64,000 nucleotides of DNA from Promethearchaeota archaeon. Its GTDB lineage: Archaea; Asgardarchaeota; Lokiarchaeia; Sigyniarchaeales; SOKP01. The stretch covers positions 352,001 to 416,000 of the forward strand of contig JBHLNF010000001.1 of NCBI GenBank assembly GCA_048937405.1, given 5' to 3'. Within the stretch, counting starts at the first letter, position 1, and each line of letters starts with the position of its first letter. A program made the position numbers and the translations under genes. Positions 8,798 to 19,112 of the stretch are shown here, in pieces. The notes beneath the pieces were generated by a model. The model saw only the letters and a list, made by a program, of their open reading frames with translations. It did no database searches and was not told where the DNA came from.

Positions 8798-9985
8798 ATG
8801 GTAGCTTACTGTTTTCAAAATCTTTGGGTTTTTATAACCCATTTTATACATATTTGTAATATGAAAAAACAGGGGAAGTACAAGATCTTTTCATATTTAG
8901 TGGAAAATTATTTAATATTTTATGCAAGTATAAATAAAAAAAAGAAATTATTGGCGTTTGCGATATTAAAGGATATTGATTTTAACATAACCTTAACAAT
9001 TTTAAATAGTTTCTTAAGAAAAAGAATAATTCAATATTATTCCATCCAATTAGACACATCTGAAAAATACGAGAAGGTTATAATTGTAAATATTGAAAAT
9101 TCTAAAAAAGAAGAAATTTTGAGGGCGTTTTATTTAATTCAACAAGAATTCATTGATTCTGATATCAAAGCTCAATTCCTTAAAAATGCTAGGTTAGAAA
9201 ACACGTTTTTAGGTGTTATCTTTAGAGAGATACATGATAAGCTATCTATCAAAAAGCAATCTGATTCTATTTTACTTTTAGATGAGGAAACATCAATACT
9301 CTATAATTTTTACAAAATTAATTTTAAGAGTATTAAAACCAAGAAATATTTTTTATTCACTTTTATAAAAGTAATTAACAATATCAGAACAAAAGGAGTC
9401 CTTATATTTCATTTTAAGATAGATAACATGGAAAACATTAAGTTTACCTCCTATTTTGTTGAAAAATGCGAAAATGAAGAACATATCAAGGATAGTGAAA
9501 AAAAAATTAATGAGTTTTTTAATTATGAATTGGTAAAAAGGCATACTATGAAAATTAAAGAATTTGGTAACTTTCTTTGGAGATTAGAAATTGCTAATAA
9601 CTATTTTGCTTTTGATGAGTTTAATGAGATGTTTGTTCCTACAATTCAGCATACATCAATGGATCTCCTCAGAATGAATAGTATTATCGAACAAAAGCTT
9701 TCTAACCATGACATTAAATATGTGCGACTGAATAAGAATTTGCTATTTATCAATCAAGCATATTTATTTTTGGTTTTAGAGCGTTTAGAATCAAAGGCAA
9801 TTGAGAAGCTCATCGAAAAGTTTAGTTCCAAATACTTCATTTATATCCTGATATTAAACCAAGTGGATTATGAAAAGCTACAAGAAATTGAATCACTTAT
9901 ATTAATCGATACAGTGAAGTTGCTTCATGAAAGGGAAATTCATCAATTTAATTATCAAAACTTCAGTAAGAAACAACTTGCATGA
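8798..9985 (+). CDS. Hypothetical protein (probable start 8860)
   Basis: 395 aa ORF, no recognisable motif. Confidence 0.65.
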   Translation: MVAYCFQNLWVFITHFIHICNMKKQGKYKIFSYLVENYLIFYASINKKKKLLAFAILKDIDFNITLTILNSFLRKRIIQYYSIQLDTSEKYEKVIIVNIENSKKEEILRAFYLIQQEFIDSDIKAQFLKNARLENTFLGVIFREIHDKLSIKKQSDSILLLDEETSILYNFYKINFKSIKTKKYFLFTFIKVINNIRTKGVLIFHFKIDNMENIKFTSYFVEKCENEEHIKDSEKKINEFFNYELVKRHTMKIKEFGNFLWRLEIANNYFAFDEFNEMFVPTIQHTSMDLLRMNSIIEQKLSNHDIKYVRLNKNLLFINQAYLFLVLERLESKAIEKLIEKFSSKYFIYILILNQVDYEKLQEIESLILIDTVKLLHEREIHQFNYQNFSKKQLA

Positions 9986-10026
9986 ATAATAACCGCTAAA
10001 TCCTATTTTTCCTTTTCTTAGATTTT

Positions 10027-10803
10027 TCAGCTCATTAAGTTTTTTAATTTTTTTATAAATATATTTATTTTAACTTTTCGATTCTCTATAAAATCTTGAT
10101 GTGGTAAATTAAAAAGAGAGTGGGCATTTTTATTACCCTTTTCTTGAAATTCTTTCAAAAGATCAATATACCCTTGTTCAACATCACCAATATCCCTTTT
10201 AAAATCTGAGTCATTTATCATTTCATTAAAATTAGTTATTAAAGTACCAAAACCATGATGACGATCTTTGCCAGTATTATAATATTTATTTACATTTATT
10301 GTTCCATAATAAGATTTTAGACAGTCATAAATAAGATTTTCAAGTAATTTTCTAATTAAGACATACATAGAAGTAAAATAATAATCTTGATACGTACCAT
10401 TTATTTCATTAATTATTTCTTGATATTTTTCATCTCCTAATTCAATATCCTCAATTATTAATTCATATTTTAAAGATATTGGTGTAGTCTCACTTATATC
10501 AACATAATCTTTCTTCAAATCTTCAAATAATCCTGCTAATGATCCTATAACAAGCGTAAGCTTTCCCTTGATGGGATTATCACCATTCATATCCTTTTCT
10601 ATGGCTTTAAAATAAGGTGATTCCTTAATTACAGCTCTATTCGCTACTGCTTGTGCTTTTGTTAATATTTTTTTTACTTTTCTTTCCTCTTCTGCATCTC
10701 TGAGTGGATAAGGAATATCTCCATAAATTTTTATATGTTGGTTATATTCATTTATTACTTGCTCAATTTGAATTATGATTTCCTGCTTTCTTTTAGATGC
10801 CAC
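10027..10803 (-). CDS. HEPN-like (DUF4145-type) C-terminal domain protein
   Basis: RKLLENLI helix and GNKNAH motif; RBS AGGAG before GTG. Confidence 0.6.
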   Translation of the reverse strand: MASKRKQEIIIQIEQVINEYNQHIKIYGDIPYPLRDAEEERKVKKILTKAQAVANRAVIKESPYFKAIEKDMNGDNPIKGKLTLVIGSLAGLFEDLKKDYVDISETTPISLKYELIIEDIELGDEKYQEIINEINGTYQDYYFTSMYVLIRKLLENLIYDCLKSYYGTINVNKYYNTGKDRHHGFGTLITNFNEMINDSDFKRDIGDVEQGYIDLLKEFQEKGNKNAHSLFNLPHQDFIENRKVKINIFIKKLKNLMS

Positions 10804-10911
10804 ACGAATCTCCTTTAATTTAAAATTTAATTTTCATACAAACCATAAACTTGTTTTTTTTTTGGCAAATTACCAAATTTATTGATTAAAGTCAAAATTT
10901 TTATATTATAT

Positions 10912-11745
10912 TTATCTCCTTGGGTTAATTATTACTTTTACTTTGAATTCTTCTGTTTCTTTAGATAAATCATTTTGGAGTGCTTCAGGATTAGAAATCA
11001 ATTCTTGAGGATCATAGATAAAGCAATATAATATCTTACAATTTGGATGAGTCTGATATTTTGCAATATCATCATTTAATTGTACTCCAAGCTCTTTATC
11101 CTTTAAATTTTCTGAAGTTTTTTTTACTTCAATAACAATTTTTTCATTTTTTAGTAAAAAATCCATACGTGAATTACTACCAGCAAAACTAGGCGTGAAT
11201 TCTTCAGCTCTTACATCATCAAATTCTAACTTTAATAAAGCATGTAATAAATCTTGTACATCATATTCATTTTGCACTTTAATTATTGGTATTGTACTTT
11301 TACCTTGACGCTTTTTTAATTGCTTTACAAATCTATGAAATCTACTTAGAATTCGTATAAGTTTTTCTTCTACGTTTTCAGTTTTTCTCTCTCTTTCTTC
11401 TTCTGTTTTTCCGATTGTTTCTTTAGCCTTTTCAATTTCTAATTCATCCAAAATAGTCTCAATAAGATTAAAATATTTTTTTCCTTTCGTTAGTAAATCT
11501 TCTCTAACTCGTTTATTAGTAATTGATTGAGGAGTATCGGCGTAAATACTGGGGGCTTTTAGGATATCATTTTGTAAGCCCTCAAGTTGATTTAAATAAT
11601 CCCTTTCTCTTCCGAATTTTCTTTCAACAATCATTACTAATTTTCTATGGACTTTATCCAAAATATATTTAATTTCATCCTTATTTTTTTCTGGTAATTT
11701 TGTAAGATCATCAATTATTTCTTTTAGAAGTAGTTTTTCGGACAT
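10912..11745 (-). CDS. PD-(D/E)XK restriction endonuclease-like protein (DpnII/MboI-like domain)
   Basis: EYDVQDLLHALL...EEFTPSFAG...RMDFLL...VIEVKK...CFIYDP. Confidence 0.8.
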   Translation of the reverse strand: MSEKLLLKEIIDDLTKLPEKNKDEIKYILDKVHRKLVMIVERKFGRERDYLNQLEGLQNDILKAPSIYADTPQSITNKRVREDLLTKGKKYFNLIETILDELEIEKAKETIGKTEEERERKTENVEEKLIRILSRFHRFVKQLKKRQGKSTIPIIKVQNEYDVQDLLHALLKLEFDDVRAEEFTPSFAGSNSRMDFLLKNEKIVIEVKKTSENLKDKELGVQLNDDIAKYQTHPNCKILYCFIYDPQELISNPEALQNDLSKETEEFKVKVIINPRR

Positions 11746-11942
11746 ATTACTTTCAAAATTTGTGATTTTTCTCTAAAACATATAGTACTTCTTCTATTAA
11801 ACTATAATTATTTATATTCTTAATATTAATGATTTTTCCTAATAGACTTTTCAAATTAAGAACAAATATTAAAATTTCAAACAACCTTATTTTTTACCAT
11901 CTATTATAAAGAAGAGTTAAGATCTAAACTGGGCAAAAATAT

Positions 11943-12503
11943 TTACCTCTCCTTAAACTCATCTAACTCTACATCTATTTCCTCTTCAAACTCCTCAAAA
12001 ATCTCCTCTCTTGTCAAATCTTTTTCCTGTTCTTGTTGTTCTTGTTCTTCTATGAATTGCTTTACTTTATCCTTAATTTCTTTTTGATTCTCATGGTAAA
12101 ATGTGTCTAATTGCTCTTTTTCTAATTGCTTTGAGGTGTTATTTTGCTTGGAGTTAGGATATTCCTGTAAATTTCCGTCTAGGTCAAATTCAGTTCGGGT
12201 AAAATCCCTGCTACTTTTAGGTGGTGGTGTTATTTTTCGTTTTATTGACTGTTTCTTGGGAATTTCTTTGTTTTTATTAAAATATTGGGTTATACGCCCT
12301 TCCTGCTTCTTTTCTTTTTTATTATTTATTTCTTCGGTTACCTGCTTAATTGTAGTCTCTATTCGTTCTCGGAATAACTCTTTATGTTGCTTATATTTTT
12401 CTTTATCAGCTCTAAAGGAGATTACCGTGCTGGGATTTTCAAATTTCTTAGGTCTATGTCCCTTCTTTTTTCGCTTTGAATCTCCTTCTGGCATGTTTAA
12501 CAC
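11943..12503 (-). CDS. Putative DNA-binding protein (basic arm + RHH-like strand/helix, acidic tail); likely start ATG 12494
   Basis: KKKGHRPKKF basic arm followed by TVISFRADKEKY; acidic C-terminus. Confidence 0.55.
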   Translation of the reverse strand: MLNMPEGDSKRKKKGHRPKKFENPSTVISFRADKEKYKQHKELFRERIETTIKQVTEEINNKKEKKQEGRITQYFNKNKEIPKKQSIKRKITPPPKSSRDFTRTEFDLDGNLQEYPNSKQNNTSKQLEKEQLDTFYHENQKEIKDKVKQFIEEQEQQEQEKDLTREEIFEEFEEEIDVELDEFKER

Positions 12504-12784
12504 CTACTTTTATCTTATTTACCCATATAAATGAATCTAGATATACTATTGAAAACCTTTAATATGGATAATTTCAATTGTAGTACAATTACTTTTACAT
12601 TTTTGTATTTAAACAACGAAATTTTTCAAAAAAAATGCAATAAACTTCAAGAGAAAAGAGGGTTGCCGAATGTAGCGAAGCGGAGTAAGGCTAGATTTGG
12701 GCGTAGCTTTCCAACTGACCTTTAGGAAGGAAGGAAAGCAAGAACAAATCGTATCCCTCCATTAAAAAAGGTAAGACGGAATTG
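12393..12784. repeat. Direct repeat copy 1 (~390 bp): 5' end of RHH-like gene + operator + GC-rich structured element
   Basis: Aligns with 13884-14275; core 12654-12766 has only 3 substitutions. Confidence 0.9.
12576..12590. promoter_or_regulatory. Palindromic operator AATTGTAGTACAATT
   Basis: Perfect palindrome around the same TGTAnTACA core as the 4865-5003 array; counterpart AATTGTAATACAAA at 14068-14081. Confidence 0.65.
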
Positions 12785-12951
12785 AATCAAATCGAAAAAA
12801 TTTAGGTATATAAGAATTTATTTTCAAATCTTAATTTTTTTTTTCATTCCTAGATTATACAGAAATTATCTATAAAATCCTCAACGACTTGTGAATCACT
12901 ACAAAATTGTTAAAATAGCTTATTTTTATAACATAGAACCTTTTATTATTT

Positions 12952-13872
12952 ATGGGCTTAGTGTCAGTAAAAAATATAAAAAGTTTAATTTCCATGAGTC
13001 CATCTTTATTACAGTCAATATTTAGAAATGTTCCCTTATATGTGAATTATGACTTAACTTGGCAATGTAATTTAAAATGTCGACATTGTTATTTTTTCTC
13101 ATCAACAACGGAATTAAAAAATAAAAGAAGAGAATTATCCAACAAAGACTGGGTAAAAGTTTTTAAATACCATAGAAAATTAGGAACAAAGATTGCTGTT
13201 TTAACAGGTGGAGAACCTACTTTAAGAACAGATGTTATAAAAGAAGCGATTAAAATTTTTCCCACAGTTCAAGTTGTATCAAATGGGGTTATAAAATTAC
13301 CCCAATTTAATGGATTTAAACAACCGAAATATTGGGTAAGTATAGATGGTAAAAAGGAAACACATAATAAGATAAGAGGTGCAAGGGTTTTTGATAATGT
13401 CATACAAAATATTCAAGAAAGCAATCCAGTCGTTGCATCCACCATAATGACATTAAATTATAAGGAAATTGAAGAAATAGTTAAGATTGGTCTTGATAAT
13501 GGTGCATCTGGATTAGTCTTTTTATTATATACCGACTATCCTAACAGCTCCCTCTTATTAAAGGGAAATATATTAAAAAAGGTAATTAAAGATATTTTAA
13601 AGGTAATGCATGAATATGGAAATTTTATTTTTTATTCAAAAAAAATGTTAGAAGTATACCTATCAAAAGAATTCGTACCTCATTGTATATTCAAAACTGG
13701 TCAAATAAAAAGTTTCTATCCCGATGGAACACAAAAATTTTGTGTTATGGGAAATTCACCGCTTCTATGTGAAAATTGTGGATGTGTCGTACCAATTGCT
13801 GCATATGCCTTATTTAAGAAATTTGACGCTGGTACAGTTGATAAAACGAGAAAATTGTTTAATCTTGCATAA
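12952..13872 (+). CDS. Radical SAM protein
   Basis: CNLKCRHC (CxxxCxxC), LTGGEP, VSIDG...HNKIRG, C-terminal Cys cluster CENCGC. Confidence 0.9.
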   Translation: MGLVSVKNIKSLISMSPSLLQSIFRNVPLYVNYDLTWQCNLKCRHCYFFSSTTELKNKRRELSNKDWVKVFKYHRKLGTKIAVLTGGEPTLRTDVIKEAIKIFPTVQVVSNGVIKLPQFNGFKQPKYWVSIDGKKETHNKIRGARVFDNVIQNIQESNPVVASTIMTLNYKEIEEIVKIGLDNGASGLVFLLYTDYPNSSLLLKGNILKKVIKDILKVMHEYGNFIFYSKKMLEVYLSKEFVPHCIFKTGQIKSFYPDGTQKFCVMGNSPLLCENCGCVVPIAAYALFKKFDAGTVDKTRKLFNLA

Positions 13873-13883
13873 TAATTAAGCTC

Positions 13884-13992
13884 ATATTTTTCTTTATCCG
13901 CTCTAAAGGAGATTACCTCGCTTGATTTCTCAAATTTCTTGGGTCGATGCCCTTTCTTCTTTTTCTTTGAATTATCATCAACCTATTTGAAC
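13884..13992 (-). pseudogene. Truncated copy of the RHH-like gene 11943..12503
   Basis: Translates *VDDNSKKKKKGHRPKKFEKSSEVISFRADKEKY; TAG sits where the intact copy has ATG; similarity ends next to the radical SAM stop. Confidence 0.75.
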
Positions 13993-14356
13993 ACCAAATT
14001 TAATATTAGTTAACCTTATGGAAGAATTTAAGAATATTTTTGAAATAAATTAGTATGGATAATTCTCAATTGTAATACAAACGACTCTGAATGTATCTGT
14101 CTAAACTCCTTAATTCTTCAATAATACTACATCTAATTCTAAGTAAAAAGAGGGTTGCCGAACGTAGCGAAGCGAAGTAAGGCTAGATTTGGGCGTAGCT
14201 TTCCGACTGACCTTTAGGAAGGAAGGAAAGCAAGAACAAATCGTATCCCTCCATTAAAGAGGTAAGGCGGAGTTGTTTTGCGGAGCAAAACTAGACCACT
14301 CCGTAGCTTTTCGATTGATATGGAATGAAAGAAGGAAAGCAAGGAGTGGTCGTATC
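13884..14356. repeat. Direct repeat copy 2 with an extra covarying hairpin module (14291-14356)
   Basis: Aligns with 12393-12784; continues with GTTTTGC-GGA-GCAAAAC and a second CTAGA...TCGTATC module. Confidence 0.9.
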
Positions 14357-14457
14357 GAAGCCAAGTATTTAAAATTATCTATATCCTCGATTTGAAAGAA
14401 TAGTGATTTTTCTATGACAAATCCTATTTTATCCAATTAAATGTTTAGATTCTCTTC

Positions 14458-15729
14458 TTATATTTTAGGAAAATTAAAATTATTTTTTTGAAGAACTTTC
14501 ATTAATTTGACATTGGATAATTGATAGTTAGCAAAATCATTTGAATTATATTGATCAACTCTGAAATTATGATTATATAGAAAATTACATAAGGCTTTCA
14601 ATTTACATAAGGAATTATAATACTTTTCTACAGAAAAAATTTCATTTCTATTTTTTCCTAAAACTATCTTAGCACCACATAAACCATCTCCCATTTTAAT
14701 ATAAAAAATATCAAGATCATGAACAAATTTATCTCTTAGGTCTTTATTTATCCAATCATTGAAATCATAACCTTCTATCTTAAGATATTCGAGTTTATCA
14801 TTCAAATTATAATCTAAAATAGACATAAAAAAATTTTTATAAGAATACATTTCTTTAAATTCATCTAACGGCATATCTTGAAATATTGTAATAATTTCAG
14901 GGGGGATTACATAATTATAGCGATATTTTATTTTAGAATAAATTCTATTGACAATTTTTTTTATTGCATTACTTTCATTTATAGAGGCATTTAACCTTTT
15001 CAAATAATTAACAAATTTTCTCTTAAAATTCATCAAATTCTTATCAGTAGGTAGAGTAGTTTTAAATTCTTGAATACAAAATATAGGAAATTTTTCTTTA
15101 TAAATACTGAAGTTATATCCTTCTCTTAAATTTATTAAGATTTGGTTTAAAACTCTTTTAGATATATCGTTTTCAGTTACTAATATTTTTCCATTTTCAA
15201 GATTTTTTTGAATTTCATTATAAAATTTATTCTTTATACTTAGCAACGTTATTAAATATGAAATTTGAAACTTTAATTGATTTTCAAATAATTGTTTATA
15301 TAAGTTGTTGAATCTCCTCAAAGCTTTCTCTGAACTTCTAAATGAACTTAACCATCCTTTTTCTTTTCTCATAAATTTATATTTTGATTTTAATTCAAGT
15401 TGCAAAGAAGATTGGAAAGGTTCAATAAGTAAAAAGTTAAAAAGGCTCTTATTTCTTATATAATAAAAAATATTATATAAATCAGATTTTAATTTGGTTC
15501 CATATTTCTCTCTTAGATTTTTTTGGAATCTAATAACTTCATCTAAAGCATAATTACTTGTTCTTATCGATTTATTTATTAAATTTAAAGAAAATACATC
15601 CAATACAATTAAGAATAAAATTGTGAATATGATTTGGGTGATTTTATATTGTTGATTTAAGATCACCAATATGTTAAGAAAATGAGCTAGTATTAGTAAA
15701 CAAATAAATAATTTCGTTGATAATTTCAT
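14458..15729 (-). CDS. Hypothetical protein with two N-terminal TM helices
   Basis: 423 aa; two hydrophobic segments in the first 50 aa. Confidence 0.65.
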   Translation of the reverse strand: MKLSTKLFICLLILAHFLNILVILNQQYKITQIIFTILFLIVLDVFSLNLINKSIRTSNYALDEVIRFQKNLREKYGTKLKSDLYNIFYYIRNKSLFNFLLIEPFQSSLQLELKSKYKFMRKEKGWLSSFRSSEKALRRFNNLYKQLFENQLKFQISYLITLLSIKNKFYNEIQKNLENGKILVTENDISKRVLNQILINLREGYNFSIYKEKFPIFCIQEFKTTLPTDKNLMNFKRKFVNYLKRLNASINESNAIKKIVNRIYSKIKYRYNYVIPPEIITIFQDMPLDEFKEMYSYKNFFMSILDYNLNDKLEYLKIEGYDFNDWINKDLRDKFVHDLDIFYIKMGDGLCGAKIVLGKNRNEIFSVEKYYNSLCKLKALCNFLYNHNFRVDQYNSNDFANYQLSNVKLMKVLQKNNFNFPKI

Positions 15730-16098
15730 TTCTGATACTAACCTATATTATATTATTTAGTATTATTAATTTTTATCTTTCCTATTAACCTTCTATTTAT
15801 TTTAATCTTTTAAATTTTTAATTAATAATATTCCATAACATTAAAAAAAGGCAATAAGCTCTAGTCTTTCATAAAAATCAATCTATCATAGAATATATTA
15901 TCGTCAATTATTTTAAATGAAATTCTCCTTTGCTTTATCCATTCTTGCTTATATAGTTTTGAATAATTTTTAAATTGTCAATCGAAATGATATAGGAATG
16001 TTCAAGTAAAAATGCCTTTTATTTATTCTATTTTTTTGTAAATTTTTTTAGTTTGACTCTAAATTCTTTCCAAGTTTAACCAAAAAGTTAAATTTTAT

Positions 16099-18219
16099 TT
16101 ATTGCGAAGGTGTTTTCTTATTTGCGAGAAATACAAGATAAATGATTAAACTTTTTGATTGAGCATAAGGGAGCCATTTAAACCTTATATATTCTTGGTT
16201 TGGCATTATAGTTAATTCACGACTTATTTTTTTTCGAAAATCTAATCCCACCAAAAAACCGATACGAGAATTAATGATTTCACTTTTAATTTGAGTAGTG
16301 AACTTTGATTCTAAAATATCAAAAGCATTTTTGTTATCTTCTCTTTTTCTTGCTTTTTTATGTTTTAAGACTTTAAGTTCAATTGGAATTGTAAAAGATA
16401 ATTTTAAATCTATATGTCCTCTTGCTTCATTTGGAGTATCAATAATTTCTTCACCAAAAACATCTTTTAATCTTTCTCTCATAATTGGATGAAAAAATTT
16501 TGTTTCCATTTCTTTTCGCGAACTATCTCTATTTTTCTCAAACCATTCCTCAGCACCGTCTTGAATAAAGTCTCGATGATTATTATTATACACCATTTTG
16601 TTTACAAAAAAGTTTAAGACTCTAAAAAAATCTTTACAAAACTTTTGAGGTAACCTCAAATTAGCAAAATTATCCTGTAATTCTGAAATTAAGAATTTAT
16701 TCATATCTGCATATCCAGTATCAACTTGATTCCGAATTAAATCTTCACTTTTAGTTAGAGATTTTTGAACATTATTCTTTAATGGGTGATAATATTCATT
16801 CTTAATACCCATGAATTTAGTAAGAATGTGATTATTTGGAAAAAATTCTGGATCTCCACTCCATTGAAAGATGAGTGGAAAATCTCTTTGATGGAAATCT
16901 TTAATCTCTATTTCTTTACCTTCTATGGGGATTAAAATATCTCTTCCATTTATATTTATCTTACAGCGAAAACAAGAATGATAATTTTGATTAGCAGTCC
17001 ATTTGACTTTAATAAATTTTTTCTTATCCTTTTCTTTAAATTTTGGATTTAATATTTTAAGCGATTTAATTGGAAGAACAATTGCAAAACTTGGTTGATC
17101 AATAGTATTAAGATTATAACCAATAAAGTTATTTATTTTTTCAGTTACATTAGATAACGAACCATCGTCATTCAGAAATTCAATTCCTTCTAATTCTAGA
17201 TTTGAATATTCTATTTTAGTAAAATGCCCAAAATGGTCAAAAAAGATGAAATTGAGTATATCTCCATTATCCGAGCAAGAAATCCTTGTACATTCATAGC
17301 CTGATTCTAATTTATCTTTAAAACCATTATAATAGAAATAATAGGGGAATGGATATAAAAATTCAAGAATATAATTATCAAAATTGTATTTTAAGTAAGG
17401 AGCACTTTCAATTCTTTTTTCAATACTCTCTAGAGAAATAATTTCTTCAAAAAGTCCTATTTCATAGTTATAAGAAAAGATGGGTTCCCTCTTCTCATTT
17501 TTTTTTTCAGTAAAATCAATTCTAAAATAGAGTATTTCATTATAAGGAAATGTTTCTGGTAATTGTTTAATCCCTTGATGATTAAATGCGACGATTCTTA
17601 CTCGAAGATTCTCATAAGTCTCAAATAAATAATTTTGTTTAACTTCATTTATATATCTTAATATCGTCTTAAAATTCCAGAATTGACAAAAATTTCTTTT
17701 TATTTCTTCACCTTTATTTGTAATTCCTAAAAAAATTGGATTTCCTGTTAAGTATTCAATCCCTATTTGAATTAATTCTAAATCTATTAATAAACTAATT
17801 AAAAATTTGGTTTGGTAAAGAAGTCCAACTGGAATTTCATTTAATAGAGAATCATTAATCACAATATCACCCCAACTATTTTGCTTACGGTGTTCTTCAA
17901 AAAAATTAAGCATTTTGCACAATAAAAGGATATAATTTGGTTTTTGGTTAAAAATTAATTCATAGTATAAATAAGTCTTTAATCGAAGCCCATTATTAAT
18001 AATAAATCCTTTTCCTTCTAATCCTCTAATTCCTCTATTGATTTTATTATTAATGTCAATATTGGAAGGTGGAGGGATACACGTGGGAATATAACTACGA
18101 TATTTTAAATTCTCTATAAATTCTATGCAATAAATTCTAATAACTTCTAATTCTTCTTCAGAAAAATCATTAATTTCATATTCAAATATATTTCTCTCTT
18201 CAAAATCTTCAAAAAACAT
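16099..18219 (-). CDS. Large protein with N-terminal wHTH-like repeats and C-terminal PD-(D/E)XK nuclease-like domain
   Basis: GLEGKGFI and LIDLELI...GITNKGEE wHTH-like patterns; E...GHIDLKLSFTIPIELK near C-terminus. Confidence 0.55.
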   Translation of the reverse strand: MFFEDFEERNIFEYEINDFSEEELEVIRIYCIEFIENLKYRSYIPTCIPPPSNIDINNKINRGIRGLEGKGFIINNGLRLKTYLYYELIFNQKPNYILLLCKMLNFFEEHRKQNSWGDIVINDSLLNEIPVGLLYQTKFLISLLIDLELIQIGIEYLTGNPIFLGITNKGEEIKRNFCQFWNFKTILRYINEVKQNYLFETYENLRVRIVAFNHQGIKQLPETFPYNEILYFRIDFTEKKNEKREPIFSYNYEIGLFEEIISLESIEKRIESAPYLKYNFDNYILEFLYPFPYYFYYNGFKDKLESGYECTRISCSDNGDILNFIFFDHFGHFTKIEYSNLELEGIEFLNDDGSLSNVTEKINNFIGYNLNTIDQPSFAIVLPIKSLKILNPKFKEKDKKKFIKVKWTANQNYHSCFRCKININGRDILIPIEGKEIEIKDFHQRDFPLIFQWSGDPEFFPNNHILTKFMGIKNEYYHPLKNNVQKSLTKSEDLIRNQVDTGYADMNKFLISELQDNFANLRLPQKFCKDFFRVLNFFVNKMVYNNNHRDFIQDGAEEWFEKNRDSSRKEMETKFFHPIMRERLKDVFGEEIIDTPNEARGHIDLKLSFTIPIELKVLKHKKARKREDNKNAFDILESKFTTQIKSEIINSRIGFLVGLDFRKKISRELTIMPNQEYIRFKWLPYAQSKSLIIYLVFLANKKTPSQ

Positions 18220-19112
18220 GTTCTATACACGTACAAACTCAATAATACTGAAGAAATCTAAGATTCTTTTTTATTTAGATTTAACTAACAATATTTTAAT
18301 AAAAAAGATATAAAATTATATTATAGCAAGATTTTAGAGGAAGTAATATTATAAGAATTTATTATCCTGCTCATACTTTATCATTTCATCTGGTCTTAAA
18401 TTCAATCAAATGATTTTTTTAAAATTTTAAGATTCTTACTTTTTTAGAATACTATTTTGTCTTACTTAAGATAATCTTAAATTTCATTATTACGTTCTGA
18501 AATCCTATTACCTATTACTAAACCTTCATATGTGAGTAAATAATGGTATTTATTGACGAATATATCTCTACTTATCAATCCTTTTTGAAAAAATCTTTTC
18601 ATTGTAGCTTTGAATGACATATTAGTAATTTAGAATTAGATATCTCATTATATTTCTCAAGTAACTCTTTCTGCGTAGTATAACAAATTTCACATTTCTC
18701 TTTTTTATAGGAATATGTTAGCATAAATTTTTCCACCTTTCCTGATCTAACCATTTTTCTTTTTTTATTCTTATTTCTAAACATATTAAAAAAATTCACT
18801 ATTGATCTCTACTCGATCTATATCTTTTTATACCCTCATTAATCTATTGTTCTGTCTAATGATGTTGGAATTAGGGAGTGGTTGTCACCTTTTCCACTCC
18901 CTTCTTAAAAACAAATAAAAATAGGTTTAATTGGTTTTTTTGTCTTATTGAAGATAAATATGAGGATCATGCATGCTAATCATGTATGCTTATCATGTAT
19001 ATACACGAACAGTTAAATAATAAGATTGAATCATTTATAATAAGAAAAGTAGTTGGGAGAATTCAATAAATAATCTCAAGGATAACCCTAATAATATCCT
19101 CTTTTCTAACTA

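Noticed and set aside
12531-12725. 64 aa ORF, and 60 aa ORF at 14254..14436
   Set aside because: They overlie the conserved structured element and the frames are not preserved in the other copy.
12691-12755. Hammerhead ribozyme (CTGA...GAAA)
   Set aside because: Lacks CUGANGA, the GAAA is paired in a stem, and the variant module has TTGA.
18599-18799. 66 aa ORF
   Set aside because: Short, GTG start, no motif; could be real but unsupported.
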